DNA of 64,000 nucleotides from an uncultured beta proteobacterium (GTDB lineage Bacteria > Pseudomonadota > Gammaproteobacteria > Burkholderiales > Eutrophovitaceae), in NCBI GenBank assembly GCA_963792855.1, contig CAWBXZ010000005.1, forward strand, positions 366,492-430,491, given 5' to 3'. Of the stretch, positions 50,124 to 58,234 are shown piece by piece; within the stretch, counting starts at the first letter, position 1; each line of letters begins with the position of its first letter. A program made the translations under genes and the position numbers. Under the pieces are notes generated by a model that did not search any database, had not been told where the DNA came from, and was given only the letters and a program-made list of their open reading frames with translations.

Positions 50124-50582
50124 ATCTTCTCATCCCGTATATCGAGTTACGCTTTTATTATAGGTGCTTGCGATGAAAAGCGGGCACAGATCGCGGCGGG
50201 TCGGCGGCAATCTCCTGTCATGGATCGCGCCGGGTGATCTGCAGTGGCCGCGTCAGATGCCGGTTCTCCAGAATGCGCCTGTCTTCGGCTTCTGGGCGCG
50301 ACTGTCGGCATTTGCCGACGAACTGCCGCTTTGCGGATGGCGGCGCATCGGTTACATTGCAATGTCCGCTGGGAACGGATGGTGCTTTGAATTTCGGCTC
50401 AGCGCTCCCGCCGGTTTTCGAGAGGTTCATGGCAAGACCCCATTACATCAAGTCCAGTACGGTAGGCCTTTCGGCGGCCCAATTTCCGAGTACACGCGGC
50501 CCGATAGCGGGCCATGACCTCATAGATTTCGCGGCGTCTTCACGGTTTCTAATGTCTCGTCTGCGGATGGCAGGCTGAGCGC

Positions 50583-51908
50583 ATGGCCAACGGCGTCGTT
50601 CCTCCAAGCCTGCTGCGCCGGGGGCGCCATGCGCTGGCGAACCCGCGTTTGTGGTTGCGGCGGATCGTGCTGTGGGTCGGGGCCGTTGCTGTTGGCGTGG
50701 CGGCCATCGCGTTCGCCATCAGTGCCGAGTTTGCCAACGGCATTCATCTGCAGATGGTGGAAATCTCTCCATTAATGCCTTTCGTCGTTGGTCCGGCGGG
50801 GCTGGCGCTGGTCGTCTGGATCACCCGGCGTTTCTTTGCGGGCACCCAGGGAAGCGGCATTCCGCAAACCATCGCCGCATTGAGCGTAAACGACGACAAG
50901 ACGCGAAACCAGTTGCTCTCGCCACGAGTGGCGCTCGGCAAATTCCTGCTCACGGTGCTGGCTCTGTTCTCCGGCGCATCGGTGGGGCGTGAAGGGCCGA
51001 CGGTGCAGATCGGCGCTTCCATCATGCATTCGCTCGGACGCCTGACGCGTTTTTCGCGGGTGGAGGCTGAGCGTGGCCTGATACTGGCCGGTGGCGCGGC
51101 CGGTGTTGCCGCGGCGTTCAACACGCCTTTGGCAGGGATTGTGTTTGCGATCGAGGAAATGAGCCGTTCGTTCGAGAGTCGAACCAGTGGCACCGTCCTT
51201 ACGGCCGTGATCGTCGCCGGTATCGTCTCGCTTTGGTGGCTGGGCGACTACACCTATTTCGGCCGTACCTCGGCCGTTCTCGAGGGCAGTACGGCGTGGA
51301 TTCCGGTGTTGATGTGCGGTGTCGTCGGCGGCTTTGCCGGTGGCGCCTTCAGCCAGTTGCTCATCGTGTGTTCGCGCGGGATTCCGGGAAGGCTGGGCGC
51401 ATACGCCAAAAAAAGACCGGTATTGTTTGCTGCCTACTGCGGTTTTGCGCTGGCGTTGATCGGCGCGATCTCCGGCGGGACGACCTACGGCACCGGATAT
51501 CACGAGGCGCGGAGCATTCTCGAGGGAACGGGCGAGTTGTCGGGGTCCTACGGTGCTCTCAAGTTGCTTGCCACGCTCGTTTCCTATGTCAGCGGAATCC
51601 CTGGCGGGGTATTCGCGCCGTCACTTGCCATCGGCGCCGGGCTAGGGCACAACCTGGCGGAACTGGCGCCTTACGCACCGGCCGGCGCGGTTATCGTGCT
51701 GGGCATGGTGGCCTATTTCGCCGGGGTCGTGCAGGCGCCGGTAACGGCTTTCGTCATCGTGATCGAAATGACGGATAACCATGACATGATCGTGCCGCTG
51801 ATGGCGGCATCGCTGCTTGCGGCGGGTTGTTCGCGCATCGTTTGCCATCGCCCGCTGTACAAGGCGCTTGCCGACCAGTTCCTCAACCGGAGCAGGGACG
51901 GGACCTAG
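50583..51908 (+). CDS. ClC family chloride channel/transporter
   Basis: 441 aa with selectivity-filter motifs GSGIP, GREGPTVQIG and GIPGGVFAPSL. Confidence 0.9.
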   Translation: MANGVVPPSLLRRGRHALANPRLWLRRIVLWVGAVAVGVAAIAFAISAEFANGIHLQMVEISPLMPFVVGPAGLALVVWITRRFFAGTQGSGIPQTIAALSVNDDKTRNQLLSPRVALGKFLLTVLALFSGASVGREGPTVQIGASIMHSLGRLTRFSRVEAERGLILAGGAAGVAAAFNTPLAGIVFAIEEMSRSFESRTSGTVLTAVIVAGIVSLWWLGDYTYFGRTSAVLEGSTAWIPVLMCGVVGGFAGGAFSQLLIVCSRGIPGRLGAYAKKRPVLFAAYCGFALALIGAISGGTTYGTGYHEARSILEGTGELSGSYGALKLLATLVSYVSGIPGGVFAPSLAIGAGLGHNLAELAPYAPAGAVIVLGMVAYFAGVVQAPVTAFVIVIEMTDNHDMIVPLMAASLLAAGCSRIVCHRPLYKALADQFLNRSRDGT

Positions 51909-51929
51909 CGTCGTGTAGCGCGTCGACGG

Positions 51930-53066
51930 CTATCGTTTGACCAGTACGCGATCGTCGATCTGCGATAGTTCAGAGCAGCCAAGCAGCGCCATGGCAAGAT
52001 CGATTTCGTTGCGCAGCATCTCAAGCGCGGCTTCGACACCGGCTTCGCCGCCGGAGGCAAGCCCATAGAGCCAGGCCCGTCCGATCATGCACGCGTTCGC
52101 TCCGAGCGCAATCGCCTTGACCACGTCGACGCCGCGGCGAACCCCGCCGTCGAGGATGAGCGGGATGCGGCCCGCCACCGCGCGACTGATGGCGGGCAGC
52201 GCGGCGATGGCGGATATGGCACCGTCGAGTTGCCGGCCGCCATGATTGGAAACAATGATTCCGTCCAGGCCGGCTTCAACCGCCTGAGACGCATCGTCGG
52301 CCGAGAGCAGGCCTTTTAGCAACACGGGGCCACCCCATTCGGACTTGAACCATTCGACATCACGCCAGCTCACCGAAAGGTCATACTGGTTGGCGATGAA
52401 CTGGGTGATGGTCAGCGCACTGTCCGAGTCGATGCCGGTGTTCTCGAAATTGCGGAACTTGATCTTTGGGCCAAGGCCGACGTCAAACAGCCAGCGCAGG
52501 TGTGTCGCGAAGTCAATCAGCGTCGACAGGGTGAAGCGCGGCGGTACCGTAAATCCGTTACGCATGTCGCGCTCACGCGGCCCCTGCATTTTTGTGTCCA
52601 CGGTCAGAACCAGAGCGGAGCAGCGAGCGGCGCGGGCGCGTTCTATGAATGCGCGGGTCAGTCCGCGGTCGCGCAGGACGTATAGCTGGAACCAGTGTGG
52701 CGCATCCACTTCTGCCGAAATCTCCTCGATGCTGCGTGTTGCCATGGTCGACAGGCAGTAAGGAACATTAACCCGGTGAGCGGCGCGTACTGCCTGCAAT
52801 TCGCCACGTCTTGCCAGCAGGCCGGCCAGACCTGTCGGCGCCAGCACCAGCGGCGCGGCGTAGCGCTGGCCGAACAGCGCAACAGACTGATTGCGTGTCT
52901 CGATGTCGGTCAGTACCCGGGGGATCAGGCGCAGCGCGGAGAAATCATCGCGGTTCGCCTGCAAAGTGACTTCATCCTGGGAGCCGCCGTCAATGAATTC
53001 GAACACGGTGCGCGGCAAGCGCCGGCGAGCAAGCTGTCGCAGATCTTCTATGTTGATGGCGTTCAT
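51930..53066 (-). CDS. FMN-dependent alpha-hydroxy acid dehydrogenase/oxidase (LldD/glycolate oxidase family)
   Basis: 378 aa with SNHGGRQLD and an FMN-binding TIM barrel pattern (LDGGVRRGVDVVKAIALGA). Confidence 0.9.
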   Translation of the reverse strand: MNAINIEDLRQLARRRLPRTVFEFIDGGSQDEVTLQANRDDFSALRLIPRVLTDIETRNQSVALFGQRYAAPLVLAPTGLAGLLARRGELQAVRAAHRVNVPYCLSTMATRSIEEISAEVDAPHWFQLYVLRDRGLTRAFIERARAARCSALVLTVDTKMQGPRERDMRNGFTVPPRFTLSTLIDFATHLRWLFDVGLGPKIKFRNFENTGIDSDSALTITQFIANQYDLSVSWRDVEWFKSEWGGPVLLKGLLSADDASQAVEAGLDGIIVSNHGGRQLDGAISAIAALPAISRAVAGRIPLILDGGVRRGVDVVKAIALGANACMIGRAWLYGLASGGEAGVEAALEMLRNEIDLAMALLGCSELSQIDDRVLVKR

Positions 53067-53172
53067 GATTTGTTTGGATCGACGATTTCGTGATTTTCTG
53101 TGTGTTGTGTTCTCGCAAGGCCGCCGCCTGGCGAGGTGACGTCACCGGCTTCGCCCGGTTATCCGGTTAATG

Positions 53173-54639
53173 CTAGGGGCGTTGCGGATTTTCGCCCCAA
53201 AAAATCGGCGTATCGTGGGATCGGGCGCCAGCAAGATCATCCAGATACATCGACGGCGCCATTTCCCACGCGTAGTCGTTCAAGCGCGAGAGCAACTGTT
53301 GCACGCGCTCGGGTTCGCGCTCGGCCAGGTTATCCTCTTCAGATGGATCGTCAGCCACGTTGTACAACTCGACCCTTGAGGGCAGCGTGGCGTAGACAAT
53401 GAGTTTCCAGTTGCCAACCATCACCGCACCGCGAAACTCGTCGACGTTAATCAGTATTTCGTCGCGTTTGCTCAATTTCTCGCCGGTAATAACCTCCCAC
53501 GCATCGATGCCGTCGATTGGCTTGACCTGATGCGCACTGTCGAGGGGCGCGCCAGCCTGCTTCAACAGCGTGGGATACATGTCGGTCACGTGAATACGCT
53601 CCGACACGACGGCAGGCGCAATACGGCCGGGCCAGACTGCCAGGGCAACGACGCGTACGGCACCCTCATACAACGACCCCCGGCCGTTTCTGAAAGGGCC
53701 GTTACTGGCGACGTTCCGGGTTACGTCGCCGTCGCCGGTTGGAAACTTGTTCTTCACTGCGCCGCCGTTGTCGCTATGAAACACCAGCAGCGTGTTTTCA
53801 CTCATCCCTTTTTCTTTCAGCGCATCGACAATAGTGCCTACCGCGTCGTCCGTCGCACTGATCATGGCGTAGTAGGCGCGGCGTTGTTCGTCGTCAACGT
53901 TGTCGTAACGGGACAGGTAGTCACGCGGCGCTTGCAGCGGCGTCCCCGGCGCCGGCAGGGACACGTACATGAACAGTGGACGCGCCGCGTCGTGGCCCGC
54001 AATGAAGGCGGCGGCATCACGTGCAATCTGTGTGGTCGCGTAACCGCGTTCATTGACTCGCTTTTCTCCCCGGTGCCAATCGCGCTTGCCCGTTCGGTCG
54101 GATTTCCTGAAGTGATCTCCCAGCGCTCCGTGACTGCCGTAGAAGTAGTCAAAGCCGCGGTGCGTCGGTCGCAGATCGCGGGATGCGTGGCCCAGCTGCC
54201 ATTGTCCGAAAGCCGCCGTGCGGTACCCGGCCATCTTCAGCGCCTGCGGCAGCAGACGCTCGTCCAGCGGCAGACCGTAGGTACTCCAGGGCAGTATTGA
54301 CAGCATCTGCAGCCCGTAGCGCATCGGATAGCGCCCGGTCATCAGTGCCGCCTGGGTCGGGGTTGAATACGGCAGCGTGTAGAATCGCTCCAGGCGAACG
54401 CCCGTGGCGGCAAGTTCGTCGAGGCGCGGGGTTGCCGCATTGCCGCCATGAAAACCGACATCCTTCCATCCCAGGTCGTTGGCAAGGATGTAAACGATGT
54501 GGGGGGCATCTGCCGCTTTCAGCGCTTGCGGGGCGAGCATAGCCGCGAGCGCCAGAACGGCGGGGAGGATCAGCCTGCCCGGCAGCATCTGTATCGTTGA
54601 CCCCGTCAGTTTCATGATAATCATGATAATTGGCGTCAA
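53173..54639 (-). CDS. secreted sulfatase-fold protein (arylsulfatase B-like) with substituted catalytic residues, likely a pseudoenzyme
   Basis: Signal peptide. Has IVYILANDLGWKDVGFHGG, LPYSTPTQAALMTGRYP, GYRTAAFGQWQLGH and LVFHSDNGG. See the findings for the substituted positions. Confidence 0.85.
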   Translation of the reverse strand: MTPIIMIIMKLTGSTIQMLPGRLILPAVLALAAMLAPQALKAADAPHIVYILANDLGWKDVGFHGGNAATPRLDELAATGVRLERFYTLPYSTPTQAALMTGRYPMRYGLQMLSILPWSTYGLPLDERLLPQALKMAGYRTAAFGQWQLGHASRDLRPTHRGFDYFYGSHGALGDHFRKSDRTGKRDWHRGEKRVNERGYATTQIARDAAAFIAGHDAARPLFMYVSLPAPGTPLQAPRDYLSRYDNVDDEQRRAYYAMISATDDAVGTIVDALKEKGMSENTLLVFHSDNGGAVKNKFPTGDGDVTRNVASNGPFRNGRGSLYEGAVRVVALAVWPGRIAPAVVSERIHVTDMYPTLLKQAGAPLDSAHQVKPIDGIDAWEVITGEKLSKRDEILINVDEFRGAVMVGNWKLIVYATLPSRVELYNVADDPSEEDNLAEREPERVQQLLSRLNDYAWEMAPSMYLDDLAGARSHDTPIFWGENPQRP

Positions 54640-54690
54640 TCTTACCTGACTCTCGCCGTCAGTCCGGCGTGCGCTACAATCTCTGCCATC

Positions 54691-56286
54691 ATGAAGGATC
54701 TTGACGATATCGTCGGGCTGTTAGGCACCGTCGCGGGTCGCATGCGTGCTGCGCGTGTGCTGCACGAGGCCGGGTTTGCGCTGTGCGTTGTTTTGTTCGC
54801 GCTGGCCGTATTCGAACTGATCCGCATACCTCTGACTGGCATCCTCACGGACTTCCACCGCTACGTGCTGGTCGCGGGCCTGGCGGTTTTCTGTGCCGCC
54901 GTGCTTTGGCGCGCGTTCAGGCGGATTTCGATGGCGCAGGCTGCGAGTCTGGTCGATGCGCGATTGCCGCTGCACGACGAGCTGAAGAGCGCTTACTGGT
55001 TCGCTTCGCGGCCACAGCCGGCGGACGGCACGGGTGCAGCTTTCGTTCGTGCGCATGTGGCCAACGCGGCCCGCACGGCACACGATTTGAAAGGCGCGAG
55101 CATCGTTCCGTTGAAAATGCCGAGAACGTTGCTGCTGGCCGTTTTGCCCGGGCTGGTACTTGCCGGCGCAATTTGGAGCAGGGCTGACCTGGTTCGGGCT
55201 GGAATGCAGGCTGGCGATGGCGTCGCGCAGGTGGATTCGGGCGGGCAAAGTGCGCGCTCGCTGCTCTCGGCAACGGCCGCTGACGACGAAGAGATTGCCG
55301 AACTGGACCGGGCTCTGGCCACTTTTGAGGACAGCAATGCGACCCGGCAGGAACGGCTCGAAGCGATGGTCAGGGCGCGCGATGCGGTCGATCAGCTGAA
55401 CATGCAGGCCGCCGTGACCCGGGAGGGATTGGCACGAATGGCGCAAGCCATCCGCGATCAACCCGGTATGGAACAGGTTGCCGAAGCCATTGCACAAGGG
55501 CGCACGGACGACGCAATTGCCATGCTCCAGGAATTGCGCGACGAATTCGCGGCGTCGCCCGGGGACGGTGACGGAGAAGGATCGGGGAAGGGAAACTCAG
55601 CGCGCTCGGCGCGGGAGGAACTCGCGACCGCCCAGGAGACCGGCGAAACCGAGCGCGATGTGACCAACATGCCCGGCAGCACGAATCCGGAATCAGTCAA
55701 CCGCCTGTTGGAGAACCTCGAAAACGCCCAGGACACAATGCGCCGGCAGCAGCGCGCCAACACCGCGCGCAGGCGCATGGACGAACTGGGCGAGATGGTT
55801 GGTCTGACTGCCCAGAACAGCGACCTTGCCCCCCAGCAATTCACCAATCAGGGCGAAACGCCGATGGGTGCGCCTTCGCCCGATACCGGGCAGACTGATC
55901 TTCGTAGCGCAACCATGTACCGGCAGGCATCGACAATGCCCGGCGACAACGACCAGGACGACGAGGGCAGCAGGACCGGCGGGCCGAGCGGGCATTCGTC
56001 TGCCAGGGCCCTGGAAGGCAGGGCGACCAAACGGCTCGACGCCATGCTGCAACTCGAGCGGGTGCGCGTGAGCGCAGGCGAGGAAGCGAAAGAAAAAGAC
56101 AAACAGAAGGCCGAGTGGTTTTACTCTGCCAGTCAGCAGGAGCAGTCAGAAACCGGGTTTGCGGACGTGCGCGGGCGCGACGACTATTCCGGGGCTGACG
56201 TGATGAAAACGGGACGCGTCCCGATAGAGCAGCGACAAGCGGTGCGTGATTACTTTATCAATGTTCACGAAGGCGATAACAAATGA
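54691..56286 (+). CDS. membrane protein with a long acidic/Gln-rich low-complexity domain (possibly DUF4175/TIGR02302-like), first gene of the MoxR operon
   Basis: 531 aa with N-terminal hydrophobic helices (FALCVVLFALAVFELI, YVLVAGLAVFCAAVLW, LLLAVLPGLVLAGAIW), a low-complexity middle and a C-terminal ...IEQRQAVRDYFINV. The stop overlaps the MoxR start. Confidence 0.6.
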   Translation: MKDLDDIVGLLGTVAGRMRAARVLHEAGFALCVVLFALAVFELIRIPLTGILTDFHRYVLVAGLAVFCAAVLWRAFRRISMAQAASLVDARLPLHDELKSAYWFASRPQPADGTGAAFVRAHVANAARTAHDLKGASIVPLKMPRTLLLAVLPGLVLAGAIWSRADLVRAGMQAGDGVAQVDSGGQSARSLLSATAADDEEIAELDRALATFEDSNATRQERLEAMVRARDAVDQLNMQAAVTREGLARMAQAIRDQPGMEQVAEAIAQGRTDDAIAMLQELRDEFAASPGDGDGEGSGKGNSARSAREELATAQETGETERDVTNMPGSTNPESVNRLLENLENAQDTMRRQQRANTARRRMDELGEMVGLTAQNSDLAPQQFTNQGETPMGAPSPDTGQTDLRSATMYRQASTMPGDNDQDDEGSRTGGPSGHSSARALEGRATKRLDAMLQLERVRVSAGEEAKEKDKQKAEWFYSASQQEQSETGFADVRGRDDYSGADVMKTGRVPIEQRQAVRDYFINVHEGDNK

Positions 56287-57278
56287 GTAACGATGTGGAG
56301 CGGCAAGTCGAGCAATTCCGGGATCGATTCAAGCAGGTTACCGATGAAGTTTCGCGCATCATCGTCGGAAATGAGGACGTCGTTGCCAGCGTCATGACAT
56401 GCCTGTTGGTAAAGGGACACGTCCTGCTGGAAGGGATCCCCGGTGTTGGCAAGACCAAGCTGGTGCAAACACTCGCCGACGTCATGCATCTGGATTTCTC
56501 GCGTATCCAGTTCACGCCCGACCTGATGCCTGGCGACATCATCGGAACCAATATTGTCAGGGAGGACGCCTCCGGACAGAAATTCTTCGAGTTCCAGCAA
56601 GGTCCGATCTTTGCGAACATGGTGCTTGCCGACGAGATCAACCGCGCCACGCCAAAGACGCAGTCCGCGTTGCTTGAGGCGATGCAGGAGAACAGCGTTT
56701 CGGCGGGCGGCGAAACGCACAAGCTCGATCAACCGTTCTTCGTGCTGGCCACGCAGAATCCGATCGAGATGGAGGGCACTTATCCGCTGCCCGAAGCCCA
56801 GATGGACCGTTTCCTGTTCAAGCTGCGACTTGATTTTCCGGGCGCCGATCAGCTCTACAGCATTGTCGATCGCACGACCCAGCAGGCGGAACCGGACGTC
56901 AAGCGGGTGCTGGAAAAAGAACAGATCCTCGAAATGCGCGGCACGGCCCGCGCGGTGCCCGTCTCCAAGCCGGTGATGGAGTACGCGATTGCCATTACCC
57001 TGGCCACGCACCCGGAAAGCGACAAGGGCCATGAGCAGGCGAGAAAGTATGTGCGTTTCGGTTCAAGCCCGCGCGGCGTGCAGTCGCTGATTCTGGGCGC
57101 GAAAGTCAATGCGCTGATGAACGGCCGGGTGCATGTGAGCTGCGATGATATCCGTGCCGTGACGAAGCCTGCCCTGCGCCACCGCATATTGCTGAACTTC
57201 GAGGCCGAAGCCGAAAGAATCGAAACGGACGCGATTCTGCAAGCCATCCTTGAGTCGGTCGAAGAGCCGAAGGGTTGA
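56283..57278 (+). CDS. MoxR family AAA+ ATPase
   Basis: 331 aa with Walker A GIPGVGKT, Walker B LADEINRATPKTQSALLEAMQE and FFVLATQNPIEMEGTYPLPEAQMDRF. Confidence 0.92.
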   Translation: MSNDVERQVEQFRDRFKQVTDEVSRIIVGNEDVVASVMTCLLVKGHVLLEGIPGVGKTKLVQTLADVMHLDFSRIQFTPDLMPGDIIGTNIVREDASGQKFFEFQQGPIFANMVLADEINRATPKTQSALLEAMQENSVSAGGETHKLDQPFFVLATQNPIEMEGTYPLPEAQMDRFLFKLRLDFPGADQLYSIVDRTTQQAEPDVKRVLEKEQILEMRGTARAVPVSKPVMEYAIAITLATHPESDKGHEQARKYVRFGSSPRGVQSLILGAKVNALMNGRVHVSCDDIRAVTKPALRHRILLNFEAEAERIETDAILQAILESVEEPKG

Positions 57279-57355
57279 GCGTGTCGAACAGTTTTGACGA
57301 GCGCAACCGTGGCGGCGTGTTTTTCGTTCGTCACGTCTAGGCGAGCGCCACCCTG

Positions 57356-58234
57356 ATGTCGGTCATTCTCAGTGAAGACTTTCTTCGCCAGCTAGAGCAT
57401 CTTGCTCTGGTGACGCGCCGTCCGGTCGCGGGGCATCTTCGCGGGCATCATCGCTCGCGCCGCACCGGTGTAGGCATGGTGTTTACCGATTATCGGCCTT
57501 ATTCGCAAGGCGATGACACGCGTAACCTCGATTGGGGCACTTACATGCGCCTCGACAGGCTTATCCTGCGCTTGTTCGAGGAAGAAGCCGACCTGCCGAT
57601 ATACATTTTTGTCGATGTCAGCAAGTCGATGGGCCTTGGCGAACCGGTGAAACTCGATTTCGCCCGCCGCTTCGCGGCGGCACTTGCTTATGTGGGTTTG
57701 ATCAATCACGATCGCGTCAGTCTGGTCGCGTTCTCGGACGGCGTTCTCAGCGAGATGCCGGCGCGGCGCGGCAAGAACCAGATGTGGCGGACACTGCACT
57801 TCCTCGAGCGCCTTGAGCCGCAAGGCGGCACCAGCCTGCAGAATGCGTTTCGCAAATTCTTCGGCGCGCGGCGCACCCGCGGCCTTGTCATTGTCGCGTC
57901 GGACTTTCTTGATGCGGCCGGGTTCGAGCCCGCCTTTCAGGTGATCCGCCGCTTTGGGCATGACGTTTTCGCTGCGCATATCGTCAGCCCTGAAGATCGC
58001 GAACCGCCGTTCGGAGACGATGTCGTATTGGTGGACTCGGAAGACGGGTCCAGTCTCAAGGCGCATCTGACGCCGGAGCTTCTCGATAGCTACCGCAAGG
58101 GTTTTGCCAAGTACTGCACCGAAATCGAAGCATTCTGCCGCAGCCATGGGTGGGGCTACCTGCGTGCCGACACGGATGCGCCGTTCGAGCAGTTGATGAT
58201 GCACGCGCTGCGGCATGAAGGCCTGCTGCGGTGA
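57356..58234 (+). CDS. DUF58 domain protein (VWA-like, MoxR partner)
   Basis: Has FTDYRPYSQGDDTRNLDWGTYMRLDRL...IYIFVDVSKSMG (DxSxS MIDAS). Confidence 0.88.
   Translation: MSVILSEDFLRQLEHLALVTRRPVAGHLRGHHRSRRTGVGMVFTDYRPYSQGDDTRNLDWGTYMRLDRLILRLFEEEADLPIYIFVDVSKSMGLGEPVKLDFARRFAAALAYVGLINHDRVSLVAFSDGVLSEMPARRGKNQMWRTLHFLERLEPQGGTSLQNAFRKFFGARRTRGLVIVASDFLDAAGFEPAFQVIRRFGHDVFAAHIVSPEDREPPFGDDVVLVDSEDGSSLKAHLTPELLDSYRKGFAKYCTEIEAFCRSHGWGYLRADTDAPFEQLMMHALRHEGLLR

Noticed and set aside
50124-50582. Possible fluoride (crcB-type) riboswitch or other leader in the 460-bp gap upstream of the ClC gene
   Set aside because: By eye I could not find the conserved crcB-motif core or a pseudoknot. The ClC also has the canonical chloride-type GSGIP/GREGP/GxFxP motifs rather than ClC-F-type filters. 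A covariance-model scan (Rfam) would be needed to be certain.
46685-54639. FGE-like genes acting as maturases for the nearby sulfatase-like gene (a classic FGE-sulfatase pair)
   Set aside because: Both FGE-fold proteins lack the catalytic Cys pair. The sulfatase-fold protein lacks the C/S-x-P-x-R acceptor motif. The genes are about 5 kb apart on opposite strands with unrelated genes between them.
54640-54690. TACAAT box at 54675-54680, only about 10 nt before the ATG of the first MoxR-operon gene and with no Shine-Dalgarno sequence (a possible leaderless mRNA)
   Set aside because: A single hexamer match in a 51-bp divergent region is too weak as evidence. The true start codon could also be a downstream Met. 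Transcription-start mapping is needed.
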